From: Vicugna vicugna | Lineage: Eukaryota | Assembly (NCBI GenBank): GCA_013265495.1 | Contig: MU057990.1 | Coordinates: 62,001-101,289 of the forward strand | Reading direction: 5' to 3' | Length of the DNA: 39,289 nt | Shown: positions 34,103 to 39,289 of the stretch, in pieces | Layout of the letters: each line of letters opens with the position of its first letter | Numbering within the stretch: position 1 is the stretch's first letter | The notes under the pieces: model-generated | The model's database searches: none | Told to the model about the DNA's origin: nothing | What the model saw: only the letters and a program-made list of their open reading frames with translations | Translations under genes and position numbers: made by a program

Positions 34103-35215
34103 GAGGAGGAGGCCAAGATGGCAGAGTAGTAGGACACACGTAGCTCACCCTCTCCCACAGATACACCAAGACTCACATCTACAGACCCACTCAGCCAACC
34201 AGAGCACCTGCAGAACTCCGACAGAACATTGTCCTCTTCAAAAGACAAAGACACCAAAAATCTGGTAGGAGAAAGGAAAAAGAAAGGAAGACGAAAAGGC
34301 AAAACAGTGCGGGACTGGTCCCGGGGGAGAGAGCGGCAAAGGAGGACTGGCGCTCGTTTGCTGGGTCTCCCCCTCTCCAACGGAGAGGCCAGCGGGACAG
34401 AGGGGGAGCCTCTGAGGCTCGGATCTGTACGGAGCAGCCCTTGACTGATAGAACTGGGTTGAATGGGCACAGAGGGTCCCTGCGACACCCAGCCCGAGAC
34501 CTGCTGGGAGCTGGGGGCTGGGACAGGCTCCTGAGCCGGGCGGAGGACGGAGATGGCTGCGCTGAGGCAGCCCTGGGGGACTGCAGGGTGCTGCACAACG
34601 TAGATGAATGGGTGCACAGGGACGAACCACCTGGGCCCTCCATGAAACAGCACAGCTGATGTGCCGGGGCGGGAGAGGGGGGAGGGTGCATACCCCCATC
34701 TCTGAAAACCCAGGGAAGGTTTTCGGTGAGGAGAGGCGGGACTCAAGCACAGCCGCCATGTCCTCCAGCGCATGGCACCCAGGTGGGGGCGGGGGCGAAA
34801 CCTGAGTCCGCGCCTGGGGGCTCGGCAGCCTCGGAGGCCAGACAGTGACTTGTTTGCAGCCCAAGTCAGATAGGATCCTTCCGCCCTAGCGCCTCGCAAA
34901 GTTCACACCGCCAGAACAAACAAGGTGCTGAGTTTGGACACGGAGCAGGGACGGGGCTGATCCGCGGTCTTCCCGGGGCCTCCTGCAGAGCGCCGACCTG
35001 GGGCGGAGCGCGTGGCGGTGCGGAGCTGCGGAGCGACCTGCGCCTGGAGACCGCGGGTGGCCCCCCGCCGGTCTGGCAGGAACGCTGTGCTGGGAGGGGG
35101 CGCGATCTGCTTGCCAACAGGCACTGGGAGCAGCAGAGAGGAGGGCTCCAACAGAGGGCCTCGGAAACAACATGCCGAGCTAGCGAAACGGGTCGAAGAC
35201 AGAAAGACTTCTCAT
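34103..35215 (+). promoter_or_regulatory. L1 internal promoter: YY1 motif and CpG island
   Basis: CAAGATGGC at 34114-34122 (YY1 site typical of L1 5' ends); dense CpG and GC boxes (ggggcggg, ggggcggag) at about 34300-35200. Confidence 0.8.
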
Positions 35216-35259
35216 TAAGAGCACACAGTCTCCAGGAGAACACCCCCTGCTCCCCTCCC

Positions 35260-36370
35260 CCTTTTTTTGATCTGTTTTTGCCTGTTGTATTTTCTGTTAC
35301 TTTCTTGATTTTTGCTTTTTAAACAGTTGTATATCCTCCCAGTTTTGGTCCCTTTTGAATTTTTTTTAAATGGTATTGTTATTTTGAAATATCCACGTCG
35401 TGTCATTATTCTCTCTCAGTTTTGATCGCCTGTTGTTGATTGTACACAGGTTTCAAATGTGTTTTTTTCTTCTTTTCTCCTATTTTGGAGCTTTTTGGGA
35501 GACATCTCAACCCGACTGCTGTTCTGCTTCAACTTACTCTTCAGTTGTTCATTGTACACTGTTTTCAGGCCGTTTTTCCCCTCCCCTTCTTCAGAATTCT
35601 CTCTTTATCATATTTTTTTTATCTGTTCTATTTTTTATTACCTTTTTGATTTCTACCTTCTGGATGGTTGTGTATGCTTCTAGTTTTGGTCCCCTTTTTG
35701 AATTTTTCTTTCTAGACAATTGTGTGTGCTTCTAGTTTTGATTCCTTTCGGGTTTTTCTCTTAAAGTAGTTATATTGTTTTTTAAAGAGAATCCACTTGA
35801 TAGAATTTTCACTTCTTTTGGGTTTGATCTCCTGTTGTTGATTGTAAATGGGTTTCAGGTGTCATTTTTGATCTTTTTTCTTTTTGGAGGGTTTTAAACA
35901 ATATGTCATCTCGAATGCTACTCTAATTCAAATTGCTCTTCTATAATTGACTATACACTATTTTCAGGCCTTTTTTTCCTCCCTTCTCTTAATATTATCT
36001 CTTTATCTTTTTTTATCTGTTCTATTTTCTATTACCTTTTTAATTTCTACTTTCTAAACAATTGTATATGCTTCTAGTTTTAATTCCTGTTTAAATTTTT
36101 CTTTTAAAGCAGTTATATTATTTTTTTAAAAAAATCCACCTGATTTCATTTTCATTTCTTTTGTTTTTGATCTCCTGTTATTGATTATAAATAGGTTTTA
36201 AATATCGTTTTTGGATCATTTTTCCTTTTTTTTTAAGGGTTAAAAAAAAAAGACGTCCCAACTCGAAAGCTAGTCCGATTCAAATTGCGCTTCTATAATT
36301 GATTATACACTGTTTTCAAACCTTTTTTTCTCCCTTCTTTTAAATTTCTCTTTCTCTCTCTCTCCTTTTT
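35260..36370 (+). repeat. About 3.3 diverged T-rich tandem monomers (about 340-400 bp) in the L1 5' UTR
   Basis: tttgatc(g/t)cctgtt(g/a)ttgatt recurs at about 35421, 35823 and 36166; tacact(g/a)ttttca at about 35555, 35954 and 36305. Confidence 0.85.
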
Positions 36371-36489
36371 TTATTTTTTAAATTGTATTGCTACATAGGT
36401 ATTAAATAGATAAATAAATAAACTCCTTTAAGGACCACAATAAATAACTGATACTCCATAAGCCACAGTGCCAGAGACATAGGAGCAAG

Positions 36490-37383
36490 ATGAAGAAGCA
36501 GAGGAACCACTCCCAATTAAAAGTACAAGAGAAATCCCCTGAAATAGCGATCAATGAAATAGACACTGATAGCCTACTAGATAAAGATTTCAAAAAAGGA
36601 GTTATCAAAGTACTGAAGGAACAAAAAGAGATAGTGTTTAGAGATATAAAATATGTCAAAAATGAAATTGAAGCTAGAAAGAATAGCCAAGTAGTATTGA
36701 TAAACTCATTGGCTGAGATGAGAACAGATCTAAAGGCTGTGCAAAGCAGGCTAGATAATGCAGAGGAACGAATTAGTGACCTAGAAGACAGGGCAATAGA
36801 AAGCACCCAATCAGAACAGCTACAAGACAAACAAATAAAAAACAAATGAAAGCAACATAAGGGACCTATGGGATAATAGAGAGCGTGCCAGTCTTCGCAT
36901 AATAGGGGTCCCAGAAGGGGAAGAAAGATCAAAGGGGATTGAAAATGTTTTTGAAGAAATCATGACTGAAAACTTCCCAAACTTACAGAAGGAATCAAAT
37001 ATTCAAGTACAGGAAGCTCAGAGGGTCCCAAACAGAAAGAACCCAAATACACCCACACCAAGACATATCATAATCAAGATGGCCAGAGTCAAGGATAAAG
37101 AAATGATCCTAAAGGAAGCAAGAGAAAAGCAAAGAGTGAGTTACAAGGGAACCCTTATAAGGCTCTCAGCTGATTTCTCTACACAAACACTACAGGCCAG
37201 AAGGGAGTGGCAAGACATATTCAAAGTCCTGAATGAAAAAAAGATGCAGCCTAGGATACTTTATCCAGCAAGGCTATCCTTTAGGATAGAAGGAAACATA
37301 AAGAATTTCACAGACAAGAAAAACTACAAGAGTTTAGCAACACTAAACCCATGCTAAAAGAAATACTGAAAGGTCTACTCTAA
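36490..37383 (+). pseudogene. L1 ORF1p with two compensating frameshifts
   Basis: MKKQRNHSQLK..., coiled coil, ENFPNL, TPRHIIIKM, RREWQDIF, YPARLSF; +1 shift at about 36845 and -1 at about 37320 (both in A-rich runs); restored stop TAA 37381-37383. Confidence 0.92.
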
Positions 37384-37790
37384 ATAGAAAAGCAGCAGGA
37401 TGCTACAGAAATGAGAAACTCATAACTGGAAAGGTGATAACTCATGAATTACAAATAAAATAAATACAAAATTATAAAAGAAGACATACAAATCATTGAG
37501 AGTGGGAGAGGGAGGCAGGAAAATACAGATTTTTTTTCTTTCTTTCTTTTTAAAATTTTTTGTTCTCGGTAGGATAGGTTTGAGATCATGTTACTATCAG
37601 TTTAATAAAAACAGTTACAGTAATGGGCTAATAGACTTACAAAAAAGGGTAACCACAAGCCAAAAACTTACAAGGGAGTCACAAAACTAAATAAAATCCA
37701 TGATAATACAAAGGAAGATTACCAAACCACAAAATGAAGAAGAAAGGAACAAGGAGGAAATACCAAATCAACTGCAAAGATAAGTTCAAA

Positions 37791-39289
37791 ATGGCAATAA
37801 ACACACATCTATCATTAACTACTGTAAATGTTAATAGACTAAATGCTCCAGTCAAAAGACATAGAGTGGCAGACTGGATAATAAAGCAAGAACCTTCAAT
37901 ATGCTGCATACAAGAGACCCACTTTGGGGAGAAGGACATACATAGATTGAGAGTGAAAGGATGGAAAAGGATATTCCATGCAAATGGAAAAGCCAAAAAA
38001 GCAGGTGTTGCAGTACTGATTTCAGACAAAATAGACTTTAAAACAAAGGCCATAAAGAAAGATAAAGAAGGACATTTTATAATGATTAAAGGAGTGATAC
38101 AAGATGAGGATATTACACTCATTAATATATACGCACCCAACATAGGAGTACCTAAGTCCATAAAACAATTACTAACAGAGATAAAGGGGGATATTGATGG
38201 CAATACAATCATAGTTGGAGATTTTAACACCGTATTAACATCACTAGACAGATCTTCCAGACAGAAAATAAACAAGGCAACAGAGAAATTAAATAATACA
38301 ATAGAAATTAGATTTGGTGGATATTTTCAGGGCATTACACCCCAAAAAAATCGGATATACATTCTTTTCAAATGCACATGGAACATTTTCCAGGACTGAA
38401 CATGTACTTGGGCACAAAAGAAACCTCAGCAATTTTAAGAAGATAGAAATTATCTCAAGCATCTTTACTGACCACAATGCCATGAAACTAGAAATCAACA
38501 ATAGAGAAACAAAGAAGAACAAAAGGAAAGCATGGAGATTAAACAATATGTTATTGAAAAAACAATGGATCAATGAGGAAATCAAAGCTGAAATTAAANN
38601 NNNNNNNNNNNNNNNNNNNNNNNNNNNNNNNNNNNNNNNNNNNNNNNNNNNNNNNNNNNNNNNNNNNNNNNNNNNNNNNNNNNNNNNNNNNNNNNNNNNN
38701 NNNNNNNNNNNNNNNNNNNNNNNNNNNNNNNNNNNNNNNNNNNNNNNNNNNNNNNNNNNNNNNNNNNNNNNNNNNNNNNNNNNNNNNNNNNNNNNNNNNN
38801 NNNNNNNNNNNNNNNNNNNNNNNNNNNNNNNNNNNNNNNNNNNNNNNNNNNNNNNNNNNNNNNNNNNNNNNNNNNNNNNNNNNNNNNNNNNNNNNNNNNN
38901 NNNNNNNNNNNNNNNNNNNNNNNNNNNNNNNNNNNNNNNNNNNNNNNNNNNNNNNNNNNNNNNNNNNNNNNNNNNNNNNNNNNNNNNNNNNNNNNNNNNN
39001 NNNAAATAACATAGAAATACAGAATATCATATGAGAATATTATGAAAAACTATATGGAACCAAACTGGATAACCTAGAGGAGATGGACAAGTTTCTGGAA
39101 ACATACTGTCCACCAAGACTGAACCAAGAAGAAACTGACAACTTGAACAAACCGATCACTAGAAATGAAAGTGAAATAGCAATAAAAACCTCCCTACAAA
39201 TAAAAGTCCAGGACTGGACAGCTTCACCGGGGAATTCTACTAAACATACAAAGAACTCATACCAGCCCTTCTCAAACTCTTCCAGAAGA
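37791..39289 (+). pseudogene. L1 ORF2p N-terminal part (APE endonuclease to Z region), disrupted
   Basis: NVN, QETH, NIYAPN, GDFN and TDH motifs; frameshift at about 38305, TGA 39032-39034, frameshift at about 39188, TAA 39241-39243. Confidence 0.93.
38599..39003. other. Assembly gap (405 N)
   Basis: Run of N within L1 ORF2. Confidence 1.

Larger units (their letters stand above)
34103..39289 (+). mobile_element. 5'-intact lineage-specific LINE-1 (inactive), continuing beyond the window
   Basis: Starts gaggaggaggccaagatggc after an A-rich target (aaaaacccacacc); 5' UTR about 2.39 kb, ORF1, about 407-nt spacer, ORF2. Confidence 0.93.

Noticed and set aside
33994..35243. Long minus-strand ORFs (301, 208 and 125 aa) as host genes
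   Set aside because: They lie in the GC-rich L1 5' UTR where stops are rare; the 301-aa ORF starts at a non-ATG codon; no recognisable domain.
36402..38585. Minus-strand hydrophobic ORFs (176, 198 and 98 aa)
   Set aside because: Antisense shadows of A-rich L1 ORF1/ORF2.
38314..39034. ORFs running through X residues
   Set aside because: Artefact of the 405-N gap.

Overview
Mammalian genomic DNA, probably from a camelid (two tRNA-derived SINEs resemble the camelid Vic-1 family; this is an inference). Most of the window (6068 to about 33210, + strand) is the 3' portion of INTS6L/DDX26B (Integrator subunit 6-like, X-linked in human). It has 16 GT-AG coding exons that I spliced by hand into one open frame of 2508 nt (835 codons plus TAA), then a 3' UTR with AATAAA at 33181. 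The first exons lie upstream of the window. The introns carry typical repeats (MIR, L2, old and lineage L1 fragments, MER33, Charlie-type elements, LTR40-like, MLT1) and at least two small retroposed inserts. From about 34103 to the window end lies a 5'-intact but inactivated LINE-1 with a CpG-island promoter, tandem 5' UTR monomers, ORF1, a long spacer and ORF2 spanning a 405-N gap. The best leads are: (1) a modular palindromic foldback/MITE of about 200 bp with an 8-10 bp target duplication, nested in an old LTR; (2) candidate unproductive-splicing features in INTS6L, namely a stop-containing cassette exon with a perfect donor, and a regulated-looking 111-nt exon with an upstream poison acceptor and an intronic poly(A) option; (3) chimeric or transduced retroposition products. 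None is proven novel without database searches. Repeat family names come from recalled consensus sequences, and repeat boundaries are approximate.
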